NCBI GenBank assembly: GCA_964016885.1
Contig: CAXHJY010000129.1
Location: 1-64,000 of the forward strand
Direction of reading: 5' to 3'
From: Eledone cirrhosa
Taxonomy: Eukaryota
Length of the DNA: 64,000 bases
Below, piece by piece: positions 27,346 through 39,919 of this stretch; positions within the stretch are counted from its first letter, which is position 1, and each line of letters begins with the position of its first letter. Below the pieces are notes generated by a model. It worked only from the letters and a program-made list of their open reading frames with translations, searched no databases and was not told the DNA's origin. The position numbers and the translations under genes are program-made.

Positions 27346-29009
27346 CACATATATACATATATATATGTGCACATATATTTTCTTGTGTTGCACCATAGAG
27401 CATGTGTGTTTACGTATGTCATTGTGTTTATATGTGGGTAGAGATGTGTGCTGATGTAGGTATGTATGTTGACGTGTGTATGTTGTGGGTTCGTCTTAGG
27501 GAGAAGTGTTTAGACGGGGTCCGTATTTGTTAATGAAGTAAGATTCCTTGCTGATGCGCTGGGTGTGGGTGGCATTATCTTTAAATTTGTAGAGGGGAAA
27601 GATTCTGAAGTTGGGATGATTTTGGGCGGCACAGGTATCAATGTGTTCACTCAGTGGTATTTTCCTGTATTCCCGTATTTTGATTTGGGATCTATGGACA
27701 GTCATGCGTTGGCGGAGGCTGTTTTTGTGCTGGCCTATGTATTGTTCTCGACAACCTGAACAAGTTAATACATATATTAGATTTTCCGATGCACATGTGA
27801 AATTGTGTTTTACTATAAAACGTTGTCCATCTTTGAAATAGAATTCCGAACCCTCTATTAGGTTGATGCAAATGCCACAGTTGGGTCTATCGCATTTTTT
27901 TACTGTGGGTTTCGTTGTTGTGGTTGGCAGTACTTTGGCATGTGTTAAGATGTTTTTCATTGACTTGGATTGTCTTTTGCTCTTTATGATGTCGTGTGTT
28001 CGTAGAATTTGGTTCATTCTATGGTCCTTTTTCAATACAGGGATGTTCTGGAGGATGGTGTCAAAGGCCTCATTGTTGAGGGGGTTGTGTGTGGAGATGT
28101 ATGGAAGAGCTTTTAGTTTTGGTTGATTTACTTTAGGGTGTCTAAGGTCCTGGGTACTGAGTTTTAGGGCACGTTGGATTCCATTGTCAATTAGTGATGC
28201 AGGGTAGTCCCTGCCTATGAGTGTGTCCTTTAGTTCTTGTAGCCGTAAGTAGCAGATGTTTTTATTGGAGACTATAGTACAGATTCTCTTGGCTAAGTTG
28301 TAGGGAATATTAATTTTAACGTGTCTAGGGTGGCAAGAGTTGAAGGGGAGATATTGCTTGGAGTCTGTGGGCTTGTAGTATATGTCTGTTTCTATTTTTT
28401 TGTTATGGATCTTAATGAGGATGTCGAGGAAGGGGAGTTGTTGATGGCTGTATTCCATCATGAAGTTAATATTTGTGTTGAGCCCATTTATAAGGGTGTG
28501 AAATTCTTTAAGTTTTTCGATGTTTTCGTGCCAAAGGATGAAGCAGTCATCTAGATATCGCTTCCAGTTCCTTTCAATGTGTAAGTGGAGGGTGTTTCCA
28601 AATTTGTTTAGGACTTTAGTGTAGAGGGTGATTTCCAGGTATCCCATGACTAGGTTGGCATAAGTGGAGGCTGTTTTCGTTCCCATAGCGAAAAAAAAAA
28701 AAAAAAATACTGGTCCACCCACCCACACACACACACATATATACACACACACATACACACGCGTACATCAACATACAAAGAGACTTATATATACACACAC
28801 ACACGCACTTCTCCGTATAAGACAAAAGCTGAAAAATATCTTTTGACATGCTAAAATATCCCATTGCTTTCAGACACATTCTTACTGACCATCCCTGCCA
28901 CCACGAATTACTCTGCTACACACACACACACACACACACACTTATCTTAATAGCCATTTGACACACATCGCTGCTAACCATTATCACAACATCGAACACC
29001 TTACTACTA

Positions 29010-29093
<84 letters not shown>

Positions 29094-29559
29094 TTGTTGT
29101 GAAAGAGTCATTTCTCAATCTTGGCGCAAAACCAATTTTTTATTCACATGACCTCTACCGACCAATCAAAATTGTTTTGACCACAAGAATTTTTGCTGGA
29201 GCCACTTTTTTAACATAAAAACAGTCTTGGCGCAAAATCAATTTTTTACATTCACATGACCTCTACCGACCAATCAAAATTGTTTTGACCACAAGAATTT
29301 TTGCAAATTGGAGCCACTTTTTTAACATAAAAACAGGTAGAATTCCCAAAACTAATCAGATCAGAGCAAACAGCACGGACACTCTATCTCAAAATTATTT
29401 TTGAAAATCATTTAGAAATGCGCAACCGCTAAAAAGTTAAAAACTTAAAACCACAACTGAATACTAACCCATACAATCACTAATACTCTTTTATTCCTAA
29501 TTAAACCATTTTTTCAACTGTGAACAATTTGTCAGCATTTTCTATTCCGTTTACCAATA
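26367..29559 (-). mobile_element. 5'-truncated PLE (Neptune-like) with ~820-870 bp inverted flanks
   Basis: 26367-27186 is the reverse complement of 28691-29559; the arms enclose the RT-EN ORF. (TA)n lies on both sides. Confidence 0.9.
27496..28690 (-). CDS. PLE reverse transcriptase (from motif B) + GIY-YIG endonuclease, open but 5'-truncated
   Basis: AMGTKTASTYANL, WKRYLDDCF, LPFLDI, DIYYKPTD, SCHP, linker CDRPNCGIC, NLIYVLTC..C..QYIGQ, RMTVH, HIDTC, KESYFI, LN. The annotated N-terminus (28758-28691) is microsatellite and poly-T from the inverted flank. Confidence 0.93.
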
Positions 29560-29592
29560 TATAATAACTTGTGTGTTACACCTCTATTCTTT

Positions 29593-29693
<101 letters not shown>

Positions 29694-30147
29694 ATGAATG
29701 TAGTAATTCCGTCGGAAAGGTCCAGGAAAAAAGAGTGCTCTATGTAGGTTACAGAGCTTAATAATTATGTAATAAACAACATAAGGCAATTATTTCATTT
29801 ACCAGTGGTTTCTTAAAAGCAAACAAATTTTGCTTTCAATCATCAGAATGAAAAAATCCTGGTGTATTTATTGACATTGGATTTTAAAAACAAAAATATA
29901 ATCTATATGAAAGTGAGGCTGGAATAAGAAGAAGGAAAGGAAAAATAAACACACATGCTCACACACACACACACACACAATTACATACACACATATATAT
30001 ACACACACATACACACACACATATATATATGTATATATATATATAAATACACATACATACATGCACACATATATATCAACATATCCATACATACACATAC
30101 ACACAAAAACACAAACACGCACACACACATGCATATATATATATATA

Positions 30148-31007
30148 TTTATTAAAATAACAGATTAAAGTTTAAGCAAATAATCGCTGCTTTCACCCTT
30201 AACGGGATCTTCTGAAACTAACAAAATCAATCTGTAAACGCAGAAGTGGATATTTCAAAAAACGTTGCAACCGGTGGAAGACAGGAAGACGATACTTTGG
30301 TTCGTGGAAACGTTCGCTGGCAAAGAACGGGAAAAAACGAATAAGATACGTCATTAATAGGAGCGGTGGAAAACAATTACGCGCAAAGACAGAACCACGT
30401 TTATGGTATAAAAGTGGTCGTAGACTAATGTTCTCTTAGGTGGTTCATAGAGACGTTCTCTGGCAATGAACGAAAAAAACGAAGATAATACGTCATATGT
30501 AGAGCGTGGAGAACAATAGCACGCAAAGACAAAACCACGTAAATGAAATAGCAGAAGTAGACTAAAATTCTAACTAGGAGACCGAATGAATCTCCGCTAC
30601 AGAGTTAAGAACAAAGTAAATAAGTACAATACAGAAGTAATAGAAATAAATAAATACATACCCGCAAACAAATAAGTACATACACAAGCATACGCAAAAC
30701 ACTTACCATAGGTATACAAAACCACGCACATATAAATATGTGTGTGTGTGTATGCGTGTATACAAATAAATAAATAATTAAATAAACGTATATAAATAAA
30801 TAAATACGTATATAACAAGCGCAACCACGCACATATAACTATGTGTATGCATGTATACAAATAAATAAATAATTAAATACACGTATATAAATAAATAAAT
30901 ACGTATATAACAAGCGCAACCACGCACATATAAATATGTGTGTGTGTATGCGTGTATACAAATAAATAAATAATTAAATAAACGTATATAAATAAATAAA
31001 TACGTAT
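30148..31007 (-). repeat. pLTR-family copy (inverse of 35330-35862) plus ~105-bp tandem units
   Basis: 30148-30700 is the reverse complement of 35330-35862. Units TATAACAAGCGCAACCACGCAC.. at 30700-31007 match 34824-35318 in direct orientation. Confidence 0.8.
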
Positions 31008-31157
31008 CTGTTAGAACACGAAAAGTGTGAAACAACAGAATGTTCACTTTTCATGTTCTAACATATATGCCTAGCTTCTTCATACATTTTTCGGGGATAG
31101 CCGCGGTGGTGGTGATCGTATGTCATTGGCTAATTTTCAACCAATCAGAGTAAGTGT

Positions 31158-31235
<78 letters not shown>

Positions 31236-32565
31236 TATTCCCCCTCTCTCTATATATATCTTACGCCTTTGCTTTACACTCCTCCCCTTCAATAACACAT
31301 TTCCCCCTCTCTATATATCTCTTTCACTGTTACTTACGCCTGTTTCTCTCTATCTGTTCCTCTCTATCTGTTCCGTCTCTATATATATCTCTCTTACTCT
31401 TTCGCTTTGCACTCCTCCCCTTCAATACCATCTCTCCCCCTCTCTATATATTTGTTACTCTATCGCTGCACGCTCCTCTCCTTCAATATATCAATTACAC
31501 ACGCTTTACACTTCTTTATCCCCAGCGCCCCTACATATACCCCCCCCCCCTCCCGCATCTATATTTTAATGTTCCGTTGCACCGTGAATATATGTGTCTA
31601 TATATATATATACATATATATTGTATATACACATTCTTGTATGTGTATACACTGGTTTTATGTGTGTATTGTAAATTTGTACTGTTAAAACACGAAACTA
31701 ACATTCGATTGACACTTTGATTACCTGTACAGGCAATAGTTATTAGAATGCTGTTGAAGTGTGTATATATTTTTTGGGGACATCCTGTATATACACACAT
31801 TATATATAATACAATAAACAGATAAATACACACATATATATATGAGCTTATTTAATTATAAATATTGTGAATTTTTAACTCAGTTCAATTATATATATAA
31901 ATGGCTTCTACAGGACTAGAACTGTTTCATTCGAAAGAAATCATCATAATATTGAGAGGGGGGACTAGATAAAATATTTCAAATCAAATGTGTATAAGTT
32001 ATAAGTTAAAATGTATAAATAGAGACGATAGTGGAGGTATATCTGTTTAGTGGAACAGTAGACGATAGAATTAAATACAGACGAGAATCTCCCTTTAATG
32101 AAACAGCAGACGATAGAATTAAGGCAATTTAAATTTTAAGCATTTGCATTTTTGCCTTTCATCGTTACGGGGTCGATAAAATAAAGTACCAGTAATACAC
32201 TGTCACTATAAGTAGACGACTTTCAAATTGAATTGTTGGTTCCATTTCTTTAGTATTTTCAATTGTAGTTATCTACTTAAAAAGCGTTACACGGTTAGAG
32301 ACATAATTGGTAAGTTATATCTTCCCTATTAAACCATTGCATTATTTCGCCTACAATAGAACAAAAATGAAATGTTCTTTAAAGAAACAGGAATATAACT
32401 TTATAAAAAAAAAAGTTGCATCCGCTTCTTTTATCATTGATAATTTTTTCGTTTTAATATTAATTGTTTTTTGTAGTTGTTTATATTAAAAATCTTACTG
32501 TAATATTTACTTAAACGAAGGCAGACATCTAAACTTATAGATTAATCTTGAGCGAAGGACTAGAT

Positions 32566-32643
<78 letters not shown>

Positions 32644-33139
32644 GAAGAATGATAAAATTTCAAGCAAAGAGTTTAATTAGGTAATGACTTACAAATTTGT
32701 TTCAGTATATAGACAAAGCCTGAAGCGCTAATTATAATAATTAGTTAATAATATTACAAAATATATTAATATTATATTAAATATATACTGAAACAAATTT
32801 GTTTAGCAGAAAGTTTCCAGACAAGAAACACGCATATTTTGCTATCCTCAAACACGTTTACACATGGCATGAAATATAACTAATCCGAGATGGCTAGGTT
32901 TCATCTTCTAACTGGATAAACGAAATCCATTATGTCTTGACAACAACATGAGGTAACATTATGTTATTCACAGACACACTTTGTACACTGTTCCATATCA
33001 GAATGTATTTCCTTCGTCACATTCACAAACAGTATTGAAAATATGTTCTTCGGCAAATAAAAATGTTTTGTTCATAATATTTCAACTAGCGATTGCTCTA
33101 CTCCACGCACGACCACCATAAATTAATGACCAGCTCAAC

Positions 33140-33312
33140 ACAAGTATTGGTAGAGCGTCAGACACCATGCTTTGCAGTATTGTTATGGTCCTTTGCATTC
33201 TAAGTTCAAATCCTGCCGAGGTTAACTTCGACTTTCATACTTACTAATTCGATAAAATAAAGTACCAGTAATGGACTGCCGTAATGGATTTGTGCCGAAA
33301 AATAGAAACACT
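33140..33312 (+). mobile_element. tRNA-derived SINE, family A
   Basis: B-box GTTCAAATCC and core CGATAAAATAAAGTACCAGT; collinear with 388-570. Confidence 0.75.
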
Positions 33313-33866
33313 ATTAATGTGCAATAAGAGCAAAATATAACGACATTGCTCAATTATTTTATCTAATGTTGTAATAACACAAGGAAATGTTGTTTGTGTA
33401 TTTTTTTTTATATTTGCTCATAGGCTTTCACAATTTCGCTCAGCCAACAACTATTAAAAAGTGAGTTGCTTAAGATAACAATTTAATCACAAATTGTTGC
33501 TATCTTTTAATACACACCAACAAGTCATCAAATTATGTACAATAAAAACAAATCTTATTAATTTGCTCAGGGAATATAAAGAAAATGTATATACACTGAT
33601 AATTGCAATTGTATGTAAATATTTTGTATTTGTATTGTTTATTTTATGTCTTCTATTATGTATAATATATTGATTTAATATTGATTGTTTTTTGTAGTTG
33701 TTTATATTAAAAGTCTGAAAATATTTTTATACATCTTACACTAATATTTATAAGATAATTTATAATAACAATTACATAATCTAATTACATTACAACGATA
33801 ATTTATTATTAATATATATCCTGTTTAACTAGAGTTATTACAAGCGTTGCCTTAAAAAAATATTAA

Positions 33867-34823
33867 ACTAGACATGAAAAATGCGCAAGCTCAAAAGTGC
33901 CACAGAATGTTATAATAAACCTTCAAAAGTGTGGGACTAGAGTTGTTGCTAAAAAATATTGTAATCATTATATATCGTACATTCTGTGGCATCCTTTATA
34001 AAAATAGCTTAAACCAACGAAGCCTTTATTTTTACCCTATTTCACTTAGTTAATTCTTAGAGTGTAACATATAAAAATAAATACATCTATGTTTAATGTA
34101 ATAACAGCTATAAATAATTACGTAATATTATTATCATATACTCATAGTAACAAAATAATTGTGTTGAAAATTAATATGATGCTTATATGAACGATCAAAT
34201 CTATAATGATAATTTCTTAAATATACTAATAGTAAAATAATTTAGTTATCTATTGTTACATTTTCATAGAACTATAATATTAACAATCGTATTGCATTAT
34301 CAAATTTTTATCACTACAAACTTTCATATTGGAATTACCTTAAGCCACTTATTATTACTTCGCTTTCGTACTTTTACAGCTGTAGATATTGCGCTGTATC
34401 TTATATCTAATATCAATATCTCATGGTAATTTGCATGCAGTGTAAAATAGGTTTATTAATAACTTTAATATGAAATGTATTATACAGGGCTGCGGAGTCG
34501 GCTAAAAATTGACTGGCTCCAACTCAGGATCCGATACTCCATTATTTCCTAAATTTCAGCTCCGCAGCTCTGTTATTATATTAATTTATTTATTTTATAG
34601 TTGTAAATCATATTTTTATATGTTACACTCTAAGAATTAACTAAGTGAAATAGCGTAAAAATAAAGGCTTCGTTGGTTTAAGCTATTTTTATAAAGGATG
34701 CCACAGAATGTACGATATATAATGATTACAATATTTTTTAGCAACAACTCTAGTCCCACACTTTTGAAGGTTTATTATAACATTCTGTGGCACTTTTGAG
34801 CTTGCGCATTTTTCATGTCTAGT
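33867..34823. repeat. 213-bp inverted repeat pair (33867-34079 / 34611-34823)
   Basis: Near-perfect reverse-complement arms around an AT-rich spacer of about 530 bp. Confidence 0.9.
34485..34572. mobile_element. 88-bp hAT-type MITE
   Basis: TIRs CAGGGCTGCGGAG / CTCCGCAGCTCTG; 8-bp flanks GTATTATA / TTATTATA (7/8 match). Confidence 0.7.
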
Positions 34824-35318
34824 ATAACAAGCGCAACCAAGCACATATAAATATGTGTGTGTGTATGCGTGTATACAAATAAATAAATAATTAAATAAAC
34901 GTATATAAATAAATAAATACGTATATAACAAGCGCAACCACGCACATATAAATATGTGTGTGTGTGTATGCGTGTATACAAATAAATAAATAATTAAATA
35001 AACGTATATAAATAAATAAATACGTATATAACAAGCGCAACCACGCACATATAAATATGTGTGTGTGTGTGTATGCGTGTATACAAATAAATAAATAATT
35101 AAATAAACGTATATAAATAAATAAATACGTATATAACAAGCGCAACCACGCACATATAAATATGTGTGTGTGTGTATGCGTGTATACAAATAAATAAATA
35201 ATTAAATAAACGTATATAAATAAATAAATACGTATATAACAAGCGCAACCACGCACATATACATATGTGTGTGTGTGTATGCGTGTATACAAATTAATAA
35301 ATAATTAAATAAACGTAT
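34824..35318. repeat. ~100-105 bp tandem repeat, about 5 copies
   Basis: Unit TATAACAAGCGCAACCACGCACATATAAATAT(GT)nATGCGTGTATACAAAT..; length varies with the (GT)n tract. Confidence 0.9.
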
Positions 35319-36213
35319 GCTTGTGTATGTACGTATTTGTTTGCGGGTATGTATTTATTTATTTCTATTACTTCTGTATTGTATTTATTTACTTTGTTCT
35401 TAACTCTGTACCGGAGATTCATTCGGTCTCCTAGTTAGAATTTTAGTCTACGACTTCTGCTATACCATTTACGTGGTTTTGTCTTTGCGTGCTATTAATT
35501 ATCTACGCTCCACATATGACCTATTATATTCGTTTTTTTCGTTCATTGCTAGAGAACGTCTTTATGAACCACCTAAGAGAACATTAGTCTACGACCACTT
35601 TTATACCATAAACGTGGTTCTGTCTTTGCGCGTAATTGTTTTTCACTGCTCCTATTAATGACGTGTCTTATTCGTTTTTTCCCGTTCTTTGTCAGCGAAC
35701 GTTTCCACGAACCAAAGTATCGTCTTCCTGTCTTCCTCCGGTTGCAACGTTTTTTGAAATATCCACTTCTGCGTTTACAGATTGACTTTGTTAGTTTCAG
35801 AAGATCCCGTTAAGGGTGAAAGCAGCAATTCTTTGCTTAAACTTTAATGTTATTTTAATAAATATTTGCTCTATGGTTCTTATATATTTGATATATACTT
35901 ATATTTATCGAGCACTGTTTGGATTTTAATCTTGAAATTTATTATTATTACTATATATATATATATATACATATATATACACATACATACACACAATCAT
36001 ACATATATACACACGTACATACACACACATACATACACACATATATATACACGCATACATATGCATGCACAAATATAGATATATGTACACACATCTACAT
36101 ACGCACACACACAAATAATTATAAGAAAAAGTATAATAATAAAAATACCGTCACATAAGAATAAAAATGAATGAAAAATTATTATAAAGTTGACAGCGAT
36201 ACATAAATATATA

Positions 36214-38167
36214 TATCAACGTTATGTTCAAATCATTTAATTGCTGACAATTGTTTCTTCCAAACTTTAGTTTGGAGTCATCGGAGCATTATCAATGTTT
36301 GTACATATAATTAACCTCCTATTCAACTGAACAATCATATAGATACATATATATTGATGTTGTGAACAACAGTTTAGTATTAACAGGGTGTAATGGATGC
36401 GACATATATTATACGAGAATTTTACAATAATTAAAATTAAAATTAAAATTAAAAGCACAGAGTGGAATACATGCGATACAATATTGCTTAATCAAAGACA
36501 TCATTTACCCCTGCACGGTCAACACAAACAACTCTTCTAAAACATATATTGACTCTACTTCAAACTGCTTCAAGACGAGATACAACTCACACCTCCACTC
36601 TTTCAAAAAATCTAGCCAATTCCACTTCACTATCTAGCTACATACACTCTCTGAAAACTAGGAATAGAACATATACACTTCAATGGGAAGTAATAGGTAG
36701 GGCTACATCATATAAACCCCCGAATACATTTTGTAACCTCTGTCTTCTAGAGACCCGTACTATAATCTTTTTGAAACTAAACCTCCTAAATAAAGAGTCA
36801 GAGATATTTTCCTCGTGCCAGCACCACAACCGACACTGATTCCATAGCTTTAAACCTAGTATATAACAATGTCAGATTTGAATTCCTCACCACCATTAAC
36901 ACTTCACCTCTAAGGCTTTTCTTCCCCCACAACAGCACACTCTTTGATCTGTTCTTTCCTCTACACAAATCCTATTTATCTCAAACATTATACTCTACAA
37001 TAACTATTAGAAATAAACATATAGTCAGTCACCACCTTTTAATATAAATACTTTAGATTACTTATATTATATACAGTAATTGATATATAATATGTATAGA
37101 CATTAAATGTAATATGTGACAATGAATTATATATACATTTATAATTAAATGTATAAATTAATAACATTGTATGTAAAGGATTAAATTATTAACATAAGGG
37201 ATTTATCTAATTTAACATGTAAACAGCTATACATTATTCCATATATTGCCTAGTATTGGGTAGATAACAATCTAATGAAACCTTTAATATATTATGAGAG
37301 AGTAGACTGTTTTTAAAATTAAATATAAATATATCACATTATGTAAAAGGGATTCAATTGTGACACTGTATAATGACTATTAGAGCAAATCATTTTAATA
37401 GTTTAATGAGCTTGTTACCTCCCCGTACGCATTAGTTCCCCTTAATTTTTTATCTCATATCCACTTTCGGATATTAAACCATTGGAAAATCTCGCTGTGG
37501 AACAACTCTAATCCATGAATATGAATACAATAAGACCAAGTTACAATCCATTACTATAACTAACTAAAAACATTCAATACAAACGTTAACTAAAATATAA
37601 CTTAACATATGTAATGGATGGGAAACCAATAACTTTCATATTCTCCACACATACAAATTTGAACTATACAGAAACTATCATCGCATTACATCCCCCATAA
37701 TACACTAACATATTTGCTTAAAGTGCTTGTATTTTATGTAATACCTTGCCATACAGTATTGATATATGCCTAATACCTTTGCGTGTTTCCTTCTCATATA
37801 TATGACTAACGCATGTGCAATCTCTACACACTTGAATATGTACTTCTTTCTCAATGCCTCTTTAATTATTAGACTATTCTCTTGTATTATTTGTCTTTTA
37901 ATTTTAATTTTAATTTTATTTTTAATTTTAATTTTAATTTTAATTTTATTTTTAATTTTAATTATTGTACAATTCTCGTATAATATATGTCGCATCCATT
38001 ACACCCTGTTAATACTCACAACATCAACATATATGTAACTACATGATTGTTCAGTTGAATAGGACGTTAATTATGTGTACAAACATTGATAATGCTCCGA
38101 TGACTCCAAACTAAAGTTTGGAAGAAACAATTGTCAGAGATTAAATGATTTGAACATAACTTTGATA
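36214..38167 (+). mobile_element. PLE 3' fragment (GIY-YIG) with inverted hammerhead-bearing termini
   Basis: About 36480-36839: CLIKDIIY..KTYID..FKTRYNSH.., frameshift, ..TSLSSYIHSLK..WEVI..CNLCLLE..LNKESE..CQH. 36214-36453 is the inverse of about 37935-38167. Confidence 0.85.
36242..36288 (-). ncRNA. Minimal type I hammerhead, core CCGAUGA, GUC cleavage triplet
   Basis: TGCT-CCGATGA-C-TCCAAAC-TAAA-GTTTGGA-A-GAAA-CAATTG-TC-AGCA: stem I TGCT/AGCA, 7-bp stem II, palindromic stem III ACAATTGT. The copy at 38093-38139 (+) has a damaged stem I. Confidence 0.75.
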
Positions 38168-38334
38168 CTTGTGTAATTTATATTCCTGCTCTGCAAAACA
38201 CCTGATGTTCTTACATTGAACTATTTCTCTTACTGGTAATAAGGTAGTAATAAATTACTGACTTTTCCTGTTTATAGTTGTTTATAGTATAGTATATGCA
38301 TAACTATAAGTAGTATCATTATTTTATATATATA

Positions 38335-38391
<57 letters not shown>

Positions 38392-38402
38392 TATATATAT
38401 AT

Positions 38403-39005
38403 AAAAGACGTAAAATAAGAAAATTAAAAAAAAATTTTTTTTTAAATTAACTTACTAAAATTTTCACTCCAACTAATTAGTTTCTGCAATGGGATAAAGA
38501 CAGTTACGTAATAAACTGTTGAGAATTTCATTGCGTCATCAGGGAGGTCTATTCTCAGCAAAGTCGCCAGGCAATGCGCGGACACTGGGGACTCATATAA
38601 AAATAATAATAATTCGGTAGATGGAACAGCTAGCGGGAGCTGGATTCCATGCACTGAAAATCTCGTTGTTACTGGTCAAAAGATAGATTCTAAAGAATCA
38701 ATCACGTGACACTGAGGCTAGCCGGTAGGAGTGGGATGGTAAGATGACAGAAGCCTACTAACACACCAAAAAAATTTTTAGTAGTGGTTTTGGCACGTTT
38801 GCTCGACAAAGTGATTTGGAGGTAAATATAGAGAATTTAGTATATCTACTAACATATGCGTTCAGATGTACGCTAATGTCAGCAAATACACAGGTTATGT
38901 CATAGTACCTAGGTGGTTCAATGCAGGAGGATGCAGAACAATAATATAAAAGACGTAAAATAAGAAAATAAAAAAATTTTTTTTTTTTAAATTAACTTAC
39001 TTACT

Positions 39006-39010
<5 letters not shown>
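38403..39010 (-). mobile_element. Non-coding 545-bp unit with terminal direct repeat between (TA)n tracts
   Basis: AGACGTAAAATAAGAAAAT..TTACTAAAAT at 38406 and 38951. Family copy at 57865-58217. Contains a hammerhead-like motif at 38517-38560 (-). Confidence 0.65.
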
Positions 39011-39087
<77 letters not shown>

Positions 39088-39292
39088 ACAGGTAGAAGGA
39101 GCAATGTGAAATAAAGTGTCTTGCTCAAGGACATAATGCATTGCCCGGTCCAGGAATCCTGAGGTTGTGAGTTCAATTCTTGGGCAAGACACTTTATTTC
39201 ACATTGCTCCTTCTACCTGGAGTTGCAACCGATAGATAGTACTAGCAACTGGAAAGACCAATGGAAACATTGTTTCCCCCGTCCAATTTGAT

Positions 39293-39330
<38 letters not shown>

Positions 39331-39919
39331 CGTTTCTGAATTTGTTTAGCAAGATTCTTTATCTGAAATCGTGTGTTGAAACCGATATTGTTATACTTTG
39401 GGAGGGTCATGTTGCCAATAAGAAACACACGCACCAGTTGCTTTCACTTCAATTTATTATTATAATAAATTTAAAAATTTATAAATTTCTGGTTGGTTGG
39501 TTGGTTCCACAACCAGATAGTTGTTTATATATTGTCATAGTTCTTTCGTCATGCACTCTGACCTCTTCAGTGACTGGGGATTCCTTTCTTTGTTTCTGTG
39601 CCTCTCCTTTGTTCTGTCCTACGTCATGCTTTTCAAAAATAATTTTGAGATAGAGCATCCGTATTTTTGAAAAGCATTTAGAAATGCGCAACCGGTAAAA
39701 TTTAAAACCACAACTGAATACTAACCAATACAATTACTAATTCTCATTTATTCCTAATTAAACTATTTTTCACTGTGAACAATTTGTCGGCATTTTCTAT
39801 TCCGTTTACCAATATATAATAACTTGTGTGTTACACCTCTATTCTTTTAACTATATATATATATACATATATATATGTGTGTGTCTCTGTGTGTGTATGT
39901 GTATATATATATATATATA

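Noticed and set aside
29519-29545. Hammerhead in the Neptune-like pLTR (GAACAATTTGTCAGCA)
   Set aside because: Resembles the 3' half of the 36.2 kb motif, but no upstream core or stem II is present.
31765-31792. Tc1/mariner terminal repeat (GGGGACATCCTGTA)
   Set aside because: Only one end is recognisable; no partner TIR or transposase remnant.
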